From positions 21,921 through 85,920 of the forward strand of contig JAAYGT010000033.1 of NCBI GenBank assembly GCA_012727555.1: a DNA stretch of 64,000 nt, in the 5' to 3' direction. This document shows, piece after piece, positions 1 through 10,141 of the stretch. This DNA comes from Alcaligenaceae bacterium (lineage in GTDB: Bacteria; Pseudomonadota; Gammaproteobacteria; Burkholderiales; Burkholderiaceae_B). The translations under genes and the position numbers were made by a program. Each line of letters begins with the position of its first letter. Position 1 is the stretch's first letter. The notes beneath the pieces were generated by a model. It was not told the origin of the DNA. It ran no database searches and saw only the letters and a program-made list of their open reading frames with translations.

Positions 1-840
1 CATTTGCGTGAGCGTGGCCGTATGGAGATCGGTGGCCTGCTTGATTTGCACCAGTTTGGCAATGATGGGGCGCGGTGCCACGATATAACCCAGGCGCAGG
101 CCGGGTGCCAGCACCTTGGAGAAAGAACCCAGACGGATGACCGTGGCGCCAGCCTTGCGACCCAGACCCAGCACGCTGGGCTGCTCGGAGCCTGCGTAGC
201 GCAGTTCACCGTAGGGGTCGTCTTCGACAATGGGTAGACCCAGTTCGGCACAACGCTGAACCAGTGCCTGGCGACGGGCGAGATCAAGCGTGAGCCCGGT
301 GGGGTTCTGAAAGTTGGGCAATACGTAAATGAAACGGGCGCCATCAGCGCGTTCGGCCGTGATGCTTTCAGGGATCAGGCCGCCGGCATCGGTGGGCACT
401 GCTTCGTACTGGGGCTGGAACATGGAAAACGACTGCAGGGCACCCAGGTAGCTGGGAGCTTCCACCAGCACTTTGCTGCCCGGATCGATGAACAGTTTGC
501 CAAGCATGTCGAGGGCCTGCTGCGAGCCGGACACGATCAGGATTTCATCGGGGGAAACGTCGTCGGCGCCATGGCGCTTGAGGTCGTTGGCCACCCAGGC
601 GCGCAGGGGCGCATAGCCTTCGGTGGGGCCATACTGAAGCGCCGACATGCCATTGGTTTCAAGCACACGGTTGAAGGCGTTCTGGATAACCTGTACCGGA
701 AACCCCTTGGGCGATGGCAAGCCACCCGCGAACGAAATGATTTCCGGGCGCTCGGTGACCTTGAGAATTTCCCGGATGGCCGAGCTGGTCAGTTGCTGGG
801 CGCGCTGGGAAAACGTGTATGTACGGGTAGCAGAGTCCAT
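1..840 (-). CDS. PLP-dependent aminotransferase, fold type I (partial; C-terminus outside window)
   Basis: Absent from the ORF track because it runs off the window edge. My minus-strand translation from ATG (rc of 838-840) is open to base 1: MDSATRTYTFSQRAQQLTSSAIREILKV...LPNFQNPTG...GSFSKVLAPGLRLGYIV. The NPTG and SFSK (PLP-lysine) motifs are typical of class I/II aminotransferases. Confidence 0.8.
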   Translation of the reverse strand, partial: MDSATRTYTFSQRAQQLTSSAIREILKVTERPEIISFAGGLPSPKGFPVQVIQNAFNRVLETNGMSALQYGPTEGYAPLRAWVANDLKRHGADDVSPDEILIVSGSQQALDMLGKLFIDPGSKVLVEAPSYLGALQSFSMFQPQYEAVPTDAGGLIPESITAERADGARFIYVLPNFQNPTGLTLDLARRQALVQRCAELGLPIVEDDPYGELRYAGSEQPSVLGLGRKAGATVIRLGSFSKVLAPGLRLGYIVAPRPIIAKLVQIKQATDLHTATLTQM

Positions 841-1092
841 GATGCAGTAAGTATCCGGTAAAGAGCAGAAGGATAAACCAGAACTCTACTCGATAACGGC
901 AAGTTATGCGATTCCCGCGACGGGACAACGGGCACACCTGAACGCCCGGGAACCCGTATCAGCGCAAAACAAGCCGGCCAGCCCGCACGGATCACAACGG
1001 AAATCAGGTAAAATTTTACCCCCTGTTTTCGCACAACCAAGGTGTACGCCGAATGGCCTTGCCCTTAACCGAACACGGAGTGGTCGTGCATC

Positions 1093-1722
1093 ATGCGCCT
1101 GACTGAGCCACTCATTGATCGCCTGGCCGAACACGGCTGGGCCAGCTGCGACACACTCATCCCTTGCGCATTGCGCGACCAACTCTACACCACCGCCCAC
1201 ACCCTGTGGGACACCGGCCACTTCCATCAAGCCGCCATCGGCCGGGGCCTGACCCAAACCAGCAACACCACCCTGCGCGGCGATGCCATTTGCTGGCTCG
1301 ACCGGCACACGGCTTTCCCCCCCACCGAAAACACCGTCACCCAGCACTTCCTCGACTGGACCGACACGCTGCGCCACGACCTGAACCAGGCCCTGTACCT
1401 GGGCCTGAACAACGCTGAATTTCACTTTGCCCGTTATCCGGCCGGCGCAGGCTATACCACCCACATCGACCAGCACCGCGATGCACCGCAACGCCGCATT
1501 TCGCTGGTGCTGTACCTGAACCCCGAGTGGCACACTCAAGACCACGGCGAACTGATCATGTACAAGCCCGACAACCCGGCACACGTACTTGAAAGCCTGT
1601 TGCCCATGCCGGGACGCCTGGTGATCTTCCGCAGTGATCTCATGCCCCACGAAGTTGCCCCTTGCCTGCGTACGCGCTGGAGCCTGACCGGCTGGTTCCG
1701 CACCGATCACGGGGTGTTCTAG
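1093..1722 (+). CDS. 2OG-Fe(II) oxygenase (prolyl 4-hydroxylase-like)
   Basis: 209 aa. Candidate HxD...H iron triad (YTTHIDQH ... LMPHEV) and a distal RWSLTGW motif. Size and layout match small P4H-like 2OG oxygenases. Confidence 0.7.
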   Translation: MRLTEPLIDRLAEHGWASCDTLIPCALRDQLYTTAHTLWDTGHFHQAAIGRGLTQTSNTTLRGDAICWLDRHTAFPPTENTVTQHFLDWTDTLRHDLNQALYLGLNNAEFHFARYPAGAGYTTHIDQHRDAPQRRISLVLYLNPEWHTQDHGELIMYKPDNPAHVLESLLPMPGRLVIFRSDLMPHEVAPCLRTRWSLTGWFRTDHGVF

Positions 1723-1816
1723 CCGTCCCCGGGCCTGGGCTCGCTGGCGGCAAACCGGTCGCAGCAACCTCTTTTTTGATGTCACTTTCTTGACAGTCAC
1801 ACCGTTTAGCCTGTAA

Positions 1817-1830
1817 CTTGTACGAACAAG
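1817..1830. promoter_or_regulatory. Inverted repeat CTTGT-ACGA-ACAAG, candidate GntR/HutC operator
   Basis: Read directly from the sequence, about 80 nt upstream of the GntR start. It fits the loose GT-N-AC core of GntR-family operators. This is a sequence-only guess. Confidence 0.3.
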
Positions 1831-1911
1831 CGTATAGGTAGGAATCCGGACGCACACCGAATCGTCCTGCAACGCAACGAAAAAGAACATGCAGCACGGA
1901 GACACGGCCAC

Positions 1912-2664
1912 ATGCGCAGTCATGCACACATACCGGGAAATGCCAAACATGCACAGGTTGCACGCGCTCTGCTGGCCGGTATAGATCGCGGCACCTACCC
2001 GCTCGATTCCCTGCTGCCTTCGGAAAGCGAATTGGCCACCGCCTTTGGCGTCAGCCGCCAGACCATACGGGCAGCATTGCGCACGCTGCGAGAACTGGGC
2101 ATTGTTGAAGGACACCAAGGGGTTGGAAGCTTCGTGCGCGCCACCCGGCCCAGCACGCGCTACGCCTACTCATTCGACACCCCCAACGACCTGCAACAGT
2201 ACGCCACAACCACCCAGGTACGTGTTCTCGGGCATCGGGAAATCGTGGTACAGGGCGCGCTGGCCAAGCGACTGGAGCGTCGTGAAGGTGAGCGTTGGTG
2301 GGAAATCAGCACCTTGCGTACAGCCTCCGATGGTGCGCCCGTGGCCGCCTCACGCATCCTGATCCCCTATGCCTTCGCACCGCTGCTCGACACCCTGCAT
2401 GCAACGCGCGAACCCCTGTTTGCGCTGATCCAGTCCGAAATGGGGCATCCGATCACGGAAATCTGGCAGAACATCATGGCCACGTCCATCAGCACCGCCG
2501 ACGCCGCCTTGCTGAACGTGCCTGAAAACAGCCCGGGCCTGCAGATTGAACGACGCTATTTCGGACGCAACGGCGAACTGCTGGAAGTGTCTGAATCCGT
2601 TCACCCGGCCAACACCTTCAACTACGCCATGCGCATGCGCCTGACGGCCGCAGACAGCGCCTGA
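1912..2664 (+). CDS. GntR family transcriptional regulator (HutC/UTRA subfamily)
   Basis: 250 aa. Winged HTH SESELATAFGVSRQTIRAALRTLRELGIVEGHQGVGSFV followed by a UTRA-sized effector domain. Confidence 0.85.
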   Translation: MRSHAHIPGNAKHAQVARALLAGIDRGTYPLDSLLPSESELATAFGVSRQTIRAALRTLRELGIVEGHQGVGSFVRATRPSTRYAYSFDTPNDLQQYATTTQVRVLGHREIVVQGALAKRLERREGERWWEISTLRTASDGAPVAASRILIPYAFAPLLDTLHATREPLFALIQSEMGHPITEIWQNIMATSISTADAALLNVPENSPGLQIERRYFGRNGELLEVSESVHPANTFNYAMRMRLTAADSA

Positions 2665-2685
2665 CCCCCAGGAAAACAGCACCCC

Positions 2686-3879
2686 ATGTTCGATACCCTG
2701 CTTAAAGACCTTCGGGTTCTCGACCTCACACAAAACGTGGCCGGCCCGTTCTGCACCCAGATTCTGGGTGACCTGGGCGCCGAGATCATCAAGATCGAGC
2801 GCCCGGGCACCGGTGATGACACCCGGGCCTGGCGCCCGCCGGAACTGGATGGCCACTCGTCCACGTTCCTGGCCCTGAATCGCAACAAACGCAGTATCTG
2901 CATTGATCTGGCCACGCCGGAAGGCCAGGACCTCGTGCGGCGCCTGGCCCAATCGGCCGACGTGGTTGTTCACTCAATGAAACCCGGCAGCGCCGAGAAA
3001 ATGGGTCTGGGTTCAGACACCCTGCGCGCCTTGAATCCACGCCTGGTGTACTGCGCCATCAGTGCCTTCGGAGAAACCGGCCCCCTGGCCAGCCTGCCTG
3101 GCTACGATCCGCTCATGCAGGCGTTCTCGGGCATCATGAGCGTTACCGGCAATGAAGGCGACGACCCCGTACGCGTCAGTGTGTCACTGATCGACATGGG
3201 CACCGGCATGTGGTCTGCCCTGGGCATTCTGGCCGCCATCATGGCGCGCCAGACCTCCGGCGAAGGCGCGGTGGTCAGTGCCAGCCTGCTTGAAACCGGC
3301 TTGTCATGGATGACCGTCTTTGTGGCAGGCTACCTGGCCTCCGGTCAATTGCCCCGCAAAATGGGTTCGGCCATGAGCATGGCAGCCCCCTACGAACTGT
3401 TCAAGACCGAGGACGGTTACGTGTTCATTGCCGCCGGCAATGACCGCCTGTTCGCCAAAGTCTGTGCCGCACTGAAGTGCCCCGAACTGTGCAGCGACCC
3501 CCGTTTTGCCACCAACGCCGACCGGGTCCGCAACCGCGATGCCCTGAAACAGACGCTGACCACACACACACAAACCTGGCACTCCGTGGATCTGGCCAAC
3601 GCACTGCGCCGCGAAGGTGCACCCTGCAGCGAACTGAACACCATTGATCAGGCACTGGATCATGAACAGGTGAAGGTGTCGGGCATGGTTACCCCCCTGC
3701 CGTCTGACCATGCACCCAACCTGCGCGTTGTCGGGTTGCCCCTGCGCATGAATGGCGAACGGGTTGGTCAGCACCAGCCTCCGCCCCTGCTGGGCGCCGA
3801 CACCGACGCTATTCTGGCCGGCCTCGGGCTGCAACCCCAGGAACTGACTGAACTCAGAACACGTGGCATCACGGGTTGA
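2686..3879 (+). CDS. Family III (CaiB/BaiF) acyl-CoA transferase
   Basis: 397 aa. N-terminal LRVLDLTQNVAGPFCTQILGDLGAEIIKIERPGTGDDTR signature of CaiB/BaiF CoA-transferases. AGGAAA RBS. Confidence 0.9.
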   Translation: MFDTLLKDLRVLDLTQNVAGPFCTQILGDLGAEIIKIERPGTGDDTRAWRPPELDGHSSTFLALNRNKRSICIDLATPEGQDLVRRLAQSADVVVHSMKPGSAEKMGLGSDTLRALNPRLVYCAISAFGETGPLASLPGYDPLMQAFSGIMSVTGNEGDDPVRVSVSLIDMGTGMWSALGILAAIMARQTSGEGAVVSASLLETGLSWMTVFVAGYLASGQLPRKMGSAMSMAAPYELFKTEDGYVFIAAGNDRLFAKVCAALKCPELCSDPRFATNADRVRNRDALKQTLTTHTQTWHSVDLANALRREGAPCSELNTIDQALDHEQVKVSGMVTPLPSDHAPNLRVVGLPLRMNGERVGQHQPPPLLGADTDAILAGLGLQPQELTELRTRGITG

Positions 3880-3905
3880 TGCGATTTTCTCAAGGACACT
3901 TCACC

Positions 3906-4697
3906 ATGACGTACGAAACCCTGTTGCTTGACTACACCGAGGCCGATCGCCAGATCGCCATTGTCCGGCTGAATCGTCCGGATGTCATGAACGCCATGAA
4001 CACCCGCATGTTCCATGAAATGCTACTGGTGCAACGCGCACTGAAGGACAACGATGCGCTGCGTTGTGTGGTACTGACCGGCAGCGGCAGCAAGGCCTTC
4101 TGCGCCGGCGGCGACCTGAAAGAACGCAATGGCATGAGCGACGACACCTGGCGCAAGCAGCACGATCTCATCGAAGAGGCCTTCCTGGGCTTCAAGAATT
4201 TCCCGCTGCCCCTGATTGCCGCTGTGGAAGGTCATGCGCACGGCGGTGGGTTCGAGCTGGCCCTGATGTGCGATTTCATCATCGCTTCGGAAACGGCACG
4301 ACTTTCAGTGCCTGAAGTGACCCGCGGCATCATGCCCGGTGGCGGGGGCATCCAGAACCTGGTGCGAGCGGCCGGTGCGCGCCGCGCCAAGCAATGGATC
4401 CTGACCGGTGCAGCGATGCAGGCACAGCAGGCCCTCGACTGGAACATCGTGAACGAGGTCACCCCGGCCGGGCAGGCCCTGGACCGTGCACTGGCCATCG
4501 CACAGCAGATCACACGCAATGCCCCGATGTCAGTGCGTTACGCCAAAATGGCCGCCGACAAAGGCGGCGAAGTCGATTTCCATACCGGCTATGCCATGGA
4601 CATTGCCGCCTACAACATTCTGGTGTCGTCCGAAGACCGTCTTGAAGGCGTGCGTGCCTTCAACGAAAAGCGTGCACCCCGCTGGATGAACCGTTGA
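3906..4697 (+). CDS. Enoyl-CoA hydratase/isomerase (crotonase family)
   Basis: VLTGSGSKAFCAGGDLKE and HGGGFELALMCD crotonase motifs. The ORF track starts at TTG 3876, overlapping the upstream stop. ATG 3906 (MTYETLLLDY) with AAGGA upstream is preferred. Confidence 0.85.
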   Translation: MTYETLLLDYTEADRQIAIVRLNRPDVMNAMNTRMFHEMLLVQRALKDNDALRCVVLTGSGSKAFCAGGDLKERNGMSDDTWRKQHDLIEEAFLGFKNFPLPLIAAVEGHAHGGGFELALMCDFIIASETARLSVPEVTRGIMPGGGGIQNLVRAAGARRAKQWILTGAAMQAQQALDWNIVNEVTPAGQALDRALAIAQQITRNAPMSVRYAKMAADKGGEVDFHTGYAMDIAAYNILVSSEDRLEGVRAFNEKRAPRWMNR

Positions 4698-4705
4698 GAG
4701 CCGCC

Positions 4706-6073
4706 ATGCCAGGTACTGACACCCTCGTCCAGTTCATCCATACGCCGCACGCACGCCTGAATCGCCCGCTGCTGAGGGAACGGGCGGTACGCTACCTGAT
4801 CGACACGCTGGCGGTCACGGTGGCCGGCTCCACCGAGCCGGCGGTGGCAACGCTGCTGGACAACTACGCTACCCTCCAGATGAACGGCACCCCCCTGCCC
4901 TGGACAGCCCGAACCCTGTCAACGGACGATGCCTGCCTGGTCTTCGGCACCGCATCGCATGTGCTCGATTACGACGATGTCAGCATGCTGGCCGTGTGCC
5001 ACCCCAGCGCACCCATCGTGACCGCACTGAACAGCCTGGCGCACCTGAAACCGATGTCGGGGGCCGAACTGGTCGATGCCTTCATTGTGGGCACCGAAGT
5101 GCTGATCCGCACCGGCCAGGCCATGGGGTTTCGCCACTACGAACTCGGTTTTCACGCAACGGCCACACTTGGCGCCCTGGGGGCCGCCGCCTGCAGCGCC
5201 CGGGTGCTGGGCCTGACGGCCGCACAAACACGGCATGCCTTGTCGATCGCAGCCAGCCAGTCGGCCGGCCTGCGCAAGAACTTTGGCAGCATGGTGAAGT
5301 CATTGCATGTAGGCCTGGCCGCCAGCCATGGCCTGCAAGCCGCCCGCCTGGCCCAGGCCGGCGTGGAAGGCTCGCACGAGGCCTTCATGAACGGTGGCTG
5401 GCTGCACGCCTACTCGGGCGGCGAAACCGACCGCTGGCCCGACGACTTTCAGCCAGGCAACCCAACCGCCATTGAAGAAACCGGGTTTGAGCAAAAACGC
5501 TTTCCCTGCTGCTACATGACCCACAAGATCATCACAGCGGCACTGGCCCTGAAAACGCACCATGGCCTGACACTGGACACCATTGAGCAGATCGATGTCC
5601 AGTTGTGCAAGGGCGGCACAACCCCCCTGATCCACCCACGCCCGACCACGGGCCTGCACGCCAAATTCAGCGCGCCCTACACCGTGCTGGCTGCGCTGGC
5701 CGATGGCCGGGTCAATCTGGCCAGTTTTGAAGAGGGTGCCGTGATGCGCCCCGAGATTCAGGCACGTCTGGATGATGTCAGGGTGGGCGAAGACACCGCC
5801 CCCCTGGCCCACGGCAACGATGTGGGCAAAGCACCCGCCACCGTCACGGTGCAGACCCGCGATGGCCACACCCTGTCGCACACCGTCGTGGCTTCGCCAG
5901 GCTCACCCGATGATCCACTGAGCGATGCCGATCTGGCCATCAAATGGGCCGACTGCCTGCGCCACACCCGGCCGGACCTGACGCCCGCAACGACCCACAC
6001 CCTGTTTGCAACAGGCCTTGACCTTGACAACGTGGCCGATGCAGGCCGCTGGCTCAGGCTGGAAACGCCCTGA
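4706..6073 (+). CDS. MmgE/PrpD family protein
   Basis: About 455 aa with MmgE/PrpD-like blocks (HVLDYDDV, CHPSAPIV, GFHATATLGALGAAA). ATG 4706 is preferred to the TTG 4694 in the ORF track. Confidence 0.85.
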   Translation: MPGTDTLVQFIHTPHARLNRPLLRERAVRYLIDTLAVTVAGSTEPAVATLLDNYATLQMNGTPLPWTARTLSTDDACLVFGTASHVLDYDDVSMLAVCHPSAPIVTALNSLAHLKPMSGAELVDAFIVGTEVLIRTGQAMGFRHYELGFHATATLGALGAAACSARVLGLTAAQTRHALSIAASQSAGLRKNFGSMVKSLHVGLAASHGLQAARLAQAGVEGSHEAFMNGGWLHAYSGGETDRWPDDFQPGNPTAIEETGFEQKRFPCCYMTHKIITAALALKTHHGLTLDTIEQIDVQLCKGGTTPLIHPRPTTGLHAKFSAPYTVLAALADGRVNLASFEEGAVMRPEIQARLDDVRVGEDTAPLAHGNDVGKAPATVTVQTRDGHTLSHTVVASPGSPDDPLSDADLAIKWADCLRHTRPDLTPATTHTLFATGLDLDNVADAGRWLRLETP

Positions 6074-6148
6074 CCACCACTGCGCGGGCCTCTTGAAACA
6101 CCCGCGCGCACGACGACAAACGCCCTCACCCAAACCCAGGAGACAACC

Positions 6149-7183
6149 ATGAAACTACAGCGCCGCACCCTTCTTTCCGCCGCACTGGGCGCCTCGCTCA
6201 TGCTGGCTGCCCATCTGCCCGCCTACAGCGCAGAACAGGCCACCATCCGTATCGCCTACAACCTGCCCAAAAACCATGCAACCGGTTTCTATTTCGAAAC
6301 GCTTGCCAAGGAAATCGAGGCACGCACTGCCAAAACCTCGTTGCAACTCAAGGCGCGCACGTTCCCGAACGGCCAGCTTTTCAACGATACCCAGTTGCCG
6401 GATGCCGTCAGTACCGGTGCCGCCGAAATCGGCCAGATGAACATTGGTTTCATGAACGGCCCGGGCACCGAACCCCTGCGCGTCTGGGGTCTGCCCTTCC
6501 TGTACAACTCCTGGGAAGCGCTGTGGGCCACCGAAGACAACCCGACGTTCAAAGGCGTGTTCAATACCCAGTTTGAAAAATTCGGCATGCACATGCTGAG
6601 TTGGGTGCAATATGGCCTGGTCGAGTTTTACGCCAGCAAACCCATCAAATTGCCGGCCGACATGAAAGGCCTGCGCATGCGTGCCTTCGGTGTGGACACC
6701 AGCATGCTGATCCGCGACCTGGGCGGCTCACCTGTCAGTCTGAGTTCACAGGAAATGTTCCAAGCCGTGCAACGTGGCACGATCGACGGTTTCATCACCG
6801 GCCCCACATCGGTCTATTCCCGCAAACTGTACGAAGTCACCAAATACGGCACCAACCTGGGCATCAACTACCTTTCGTTCATGGCCACGGCCAACCTGGA
6901 CTGGTGGAAGAAACTGCCGGCTGACACGCGCGCTGCCGTTGTGGAAGCCGCCGATGTTGCCCAGAAAGCCGCCCGTGAACGCGCCAAAGTGGATGACCAG
7001 GACGCCAAGGACAAGCTGACCGCCAAAGGCGTGGTGGCCTACAACCCCACGCCGGCCGACTTCCAGCAATGGGTCGATGCCTCGAAAGACTTGTATGAAA
7101 ACTACAAGAAACAAGCCGGTCCGCAAGGCGAGGAACTGCTGGCCATCATTTCGGCTGCCAACAAGCAGTTCGCCCCCAAGTAA
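6149..7183 (+). CDS. dctP: TRAP transporter substrate-binding protein (DctP family)
   Basis: 344 aa. Signal peptide MKLQRRTLLSAALGASLMLAAHLPAYSA, DctP-like pattern, AGGAGA RBS, followed by dctQ and dctM. Confidence 0.9.
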   Translation: MKLQRRTLLSAALGASLMLAAHLPAYSAEQATIRIAYNLPKNHATGFYFETLAKEIEARTAKTSLQLKARTFPNGQLFNDTQLPDAVSTGAAEIGQMNIGFMNGPGTEPLRVWGLPFLYNSWEALWATEDNPTFKGVFNTQFEKFGMHMLSWVQYGLVEFYASKPIKLPADMKGLRMRAFGVDTSMLIRDLGGSPVSLSSQEMFQAVQRGTIDGFITGPTSVYSRKLYEVTKYGTNLGINYLSFMATANLDWWKKLPADTRAAVVEAADVAQKAARERAKVDDQDAKDKLTAKGVVAYNPTPADFQQWVDASKDLYENYKKQAGPQGEELLAIISAANKQFAPK

Positions 7184-7213
7184 CCATCTGAACGGGCCCC
7201 CAAGGAGCTACGC

Positions 7214-7690
7214 ATGAATCTCTGGAGAAACAGCCTGACGGCGCTTAACCGGATTGTGGTCGGTATCGGTCTGGTCGCATTGGGCATACTGCCTTTTGTG
7301 GTTTTCTACGATGTGACTGCACGGTACGTATTCAACGCACCCACCATCTGGGCAACGGAAACCGCCATCCATCTCCTCCAGATTCTCGTGTTTCTTCCCA
7401 TGGGTCTGTTGCTCAGGAAGAATCAGCATATCCGCTCCACCCTCATTGTGGATCTGCTGCCCCGGCGCGCTCAAAAAGCGCTACAGGTAGTTTCCACCCT
7501 GCTGGTTGCCACGCTTGCCGTGTGCATTACCTGGCTGGGCTGGAAACTGACCGCCCACGCCTGGAACCAACAACAGGTGTCGGCAACCCTGCTGGCCATT
7601 CCGCTCTGGATACCAAACGCCCTGATCCCGGGGGGCGGATTCCTGCTGCTGGCCAACGCCCTTGGCAATCTTGTGTGTCCTGAACACTGA
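7214..7690 (+). CDS. dctQ: TRAP transporter small permease (DctQ family)
   Basis: 158 aa hydrophobic four-helix protein located between dctP and dctM. Confidence 0.85.
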   Translation: MNLWRNSLTALNRIVVGIGLVALGILPFVVFYDVTARYVFNAPTIWATETAIHLLQILVFLPMGLLLRKNQHIRSTLIVDLLPRRAQKALQVVSTLLVATLAVCITWLGWKLTAHAWNQQQVSATLLAIPLWIPNALIPGGGFLLLANALGNLVCPEH

Positions 7691-7722
7691 AACGCTCGTA
7701 CTGTCCAACAAGGAAAACGTTC

Positions 7723-8994
7723 ATGGACTTTCTGACCATCGGCATTCTGGTCGCCACGCTATTGGGTCTTTTAATGATCGGCATGCCGGTCGGCTTCGCG
7801 CTGGGTCTGGCTGGCGTGGCCAGTATCCTGACCATCGGTCCCTCATTCCTGATCCAGATCCCGCTCACTTTCACCCGGGCCTTTTCAGACGTTATTCTGA
7901 TCGCCATTCCCCTGTTCGTGCTGATGGGTGAAATACTGTACAGAGGCAAAGTCGGCCAGCAACTGTTCGACACCGCGAACCAGTGGCTCGCGCGTCTGCG
8001 CGGCGGGGCCGGCATGTCGGCCATCTTTGCGTTCACCTTTTTTGCTGCCATTGTCGGTTCCAGCATGGCTTCAGTGCTCACGATCGGCAAAATTGCCATG
8101 CCGGAAATGGAACAGCAAGGGTACAGCAAGCGCCTCACCTACGGCGTGACGGCCATCGGCGGCTCACTGGGCATTCTGATTCCACCCAGCATTCCGCTGA
8201 TCATCTATGCCTCGCTGACCGACGTTTCACCCGGCCAGGTATTTATCGCCGGTTTCCTGCCGGGCTTGATGATCGCCCTGTTGCTGGCCGCCTGGGTCGC
8301 CTGGAAAGCACCGTCAACCCACACGGCCCCTGCCTTCAGCCTGACACGCGCTTTATCGGCCACACTAAGGGCCCTGCCTGACTTGATGTTGCCGGTCGTG
8401 ATTCTGGGTGGTATCTATGCCGGTATCTACACCCCCACGGAAGCCGCCGCCATTGGTGTGGTCTATGCATTGATCCTGACCATGGTGGTGCGCAAGACCA
8501 TTCGCCTGCGCGATTTGCCGGGCGTGTTGCAGGCATCACTGGTGAACAATGCCATGCTGCTCACCATCGTGCTGGGCGCACTGATTTTTGGGTCGGCCCT
8601 GACGCTGATCGGCCTGCCGCAGATGCTGTCCGACATGGTGCAGGAAGCCCAATTGCCGAACTGGGCCCTGATGCTGCTGTTCTCGCTGATCTGGATGGTC
8701 ATGGGCTGCTTTCTGGAAGTGATCTCCATCATTCTGATCACTGTGCCCGTGTTTTTCCCGATCGCCGAAGCCGCCGGCATTGACCCGATCTGGTTCGGCA
8801 TTTTCATGGTGATCAACATGGAAATGTCCGTGATCACCCCGCCGGTCGGCATGAACCTGTTCGCGATCAAATCGCTGCTGCCCCATGAGCCCCTGGGTAC
8901 GATCACCCGCGCGGCGGTACCCTCGCTCATCATTCTGCTGATCAGCCTGGTTGTCCTGTGGTTTTTCCCGGAACTGGTCAGCGCCTTGCTGTAA
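7723..8994 (+). CDS. dctM: TRAP transporter large permease (DctM family)
   Basis: 423 aa polytopic membrane protein with DctM-like blocks (GILIPPSIPLIIYA, TPTEAAAIGVVYAL). Confidence 0.9.
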   Translation: MDFLTIGILVATLLGLLMIGMPVGFALGLAGVASILTIGPSFLIQIPLTFTRAFSDVILIAIPLFVLMGEILYRGKVGQQLFDTANQWLARLRGGAGMSAIFAFTFFAAIVGSSMASVLTIGKIAMPEMEQQGYSKRLTYGVTAIGGSLGILIPPSIPLIIYASLTDVSPGQVFIAGFLPGLMIALLLAAWVAWKAPSTHTAPAFSLTRALSATLRALPDLMLPVVILGGIYAGIYTPTEAAAIGVVYALILTMVVRKTIRLRDLPGVLQASLVNNAMLLTIVLGALIFGSALTLIGLPQMLSDMVQEAQLPNWALMLLFSLIWMVMGCFLEVISIILITVPVFFPIAEAAGIDPIWFGIFMVINMEMSVITPPVGMNLFAIKSLLPHEPLGTITRAAVPSLIILLISLVVLWFFPELVSALL

Positions 8995-9028
8995 AAAAAG
9001 CACCGTACCGCACATGCGGATACGGTGC
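8993..9028 (-). terminator. Intrinsic terminator candidate between convergent dctM and bug
   Basis: Hairpin GCACCGTACCGCA-CA-TGCGGATACGGTGC at 9000-9028. On the minus strand it is followed by T7 (8993-8999). A second 10-bp stem pairs GCATGCCGTG (9033-9042) with CACGGCATGC (9060-9069). Confidence 0.5.
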
Positions 9029-9090
9029 CGGAGCATGCCGTGACAGCAGGCCGTTTTGACACGGCATGCTGCGTGCTGGACAAACCGTGC

Positions 9091-10083
9091 TTACTGCACG
9101 GATGCACCGGTTGATTTGATCAGTGGAACCCAGCGCGCTTCTTCGGCTTTCAGAAATTCCCCGAACTGGGCGGCATCCATCTGCAATGCCTGCATACCCT
9201 GTTCGTTGAAACGCTTGACCACTTCCGGTGCCTTCAGTGCTTTGGCAACTTCGGTATTCAGGCGCTGAACAATGGTATCCGGCGTACCCGACTTCACCAC
9301 CATGCCAAACCATACGCCGGCATCGACCTCGGGAATACCCAATTCAGCCAGTGTTTTGACATTCGGCAAAGCGTCGGAGCGTTTTTCTGCCGCGATGGCC
9401 AAAGGCTTGAGCTTCTGACCGGCAATCAGGGGCGCAGTGGTAATGACCGGATCGAACATCATGTCGACATGGTTACCCATGACATCTTGCAGACCGGGTG
9501 CGGACCCTTTATAAGGCACATGGGCCAGCTTGGCCTGGGTCTGGTTGGCGAACTGGGCACCCAGCAAATGGCCGATCGAACCCACACCCTGCGATGCAAA
9601 AGTGACCCCATCCGGTTTGGACTTGGACAAGGCGACCAGTTCCTCGACGGTATTGGCCGGACTCTGTGCAGGCACCACCAACACCAGCGGTGAAGCCGCC
9701 AAAGGACTGACAGGTGCAAAATCCTTCATGGGACTGTAGGAAAAGTTCGTGAACAGGGTGGGGTTGATCACGAACATTTCCGTTGCGGCAACAAACACCG
9801 TATAGCCATCAGCCGGGTTACGCAAGACTTGGGTCGCCGCGATCTGGCCACCGCCACCCGGTTTGTTCTCGACAATGATGGGCTGCCCCATGCTGGTCGA
9901 CATTTCCGAGGCGATCATGCGGGACAGCACATCGGTGATGCCACCGGCAGGGAACGGCAGCACCATGGTGATGGGCCGGGACGGGTAGGATGCGCTCTGG
10001 GCCTGGGCCGTGCCCGCCCCGACCGCAAAGACGCTACCCAAAGCCAGCGTGGTGGCAAGAAAACGACGTTTGGCTGCTTTCAT
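9091..10083 (-). CDS. Bug family (TctC-like) tripartite tricarboxylate transporter substrate-binding protein
   Basis: 330 aa. Signal peptide, NKPGGGGQIAA block, Bug/TctC-like layout, GGAGA RBS. Last gene of the mhpA-B-D transcription unit by position. Confidence 0.9.
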   Translation of the reverse strand: MKAAKRRFLATTLALGSVFAVGAGTAQAQSASYPSRPITMVLPFPAGGITDVLSRMIASEMSTSMGQPIIVENKPGGGGQIAATQVLRNPADGYTVFVAATEMFVINPTLFTNFSYSPMKDFAPVSPLAASPLVLVVPAQSPANTVEELVALSKSKPDGVTFASQGVGSIGHLLGAQFANQTQAKLAHVPYKGSAPGLQDVMGNHVDMMFDPVITTAPLIAGQKLKPLAIAAEKRSDALPNVKTLAELGIPEVDAGVWFGMVVKSGTPDTIVQRLNTEVAKALKAPEVVKRFNEQGMQALQMDAAQFGEFLKAEEARWVPLIKSTGASVQ

Positions 10084-10141
10084 GGAAAGTCTCCGTAAGT
10101 TGTAGATATGTTTACTGATTCATGTTGCAGAGGTGAGCATT

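Noticed and set aside
904-2118. 404-aa minus-strand ORF spanning the 2OG oxygenase, the intergenic region and the GntR start
   Set aside because: It is antisense to two well-supported genes and crosses their promoter region. It is Arg/Ala/Gly-rich with no recognisable motifs, as expected for a stop-poor frame in GC-rich DNA.
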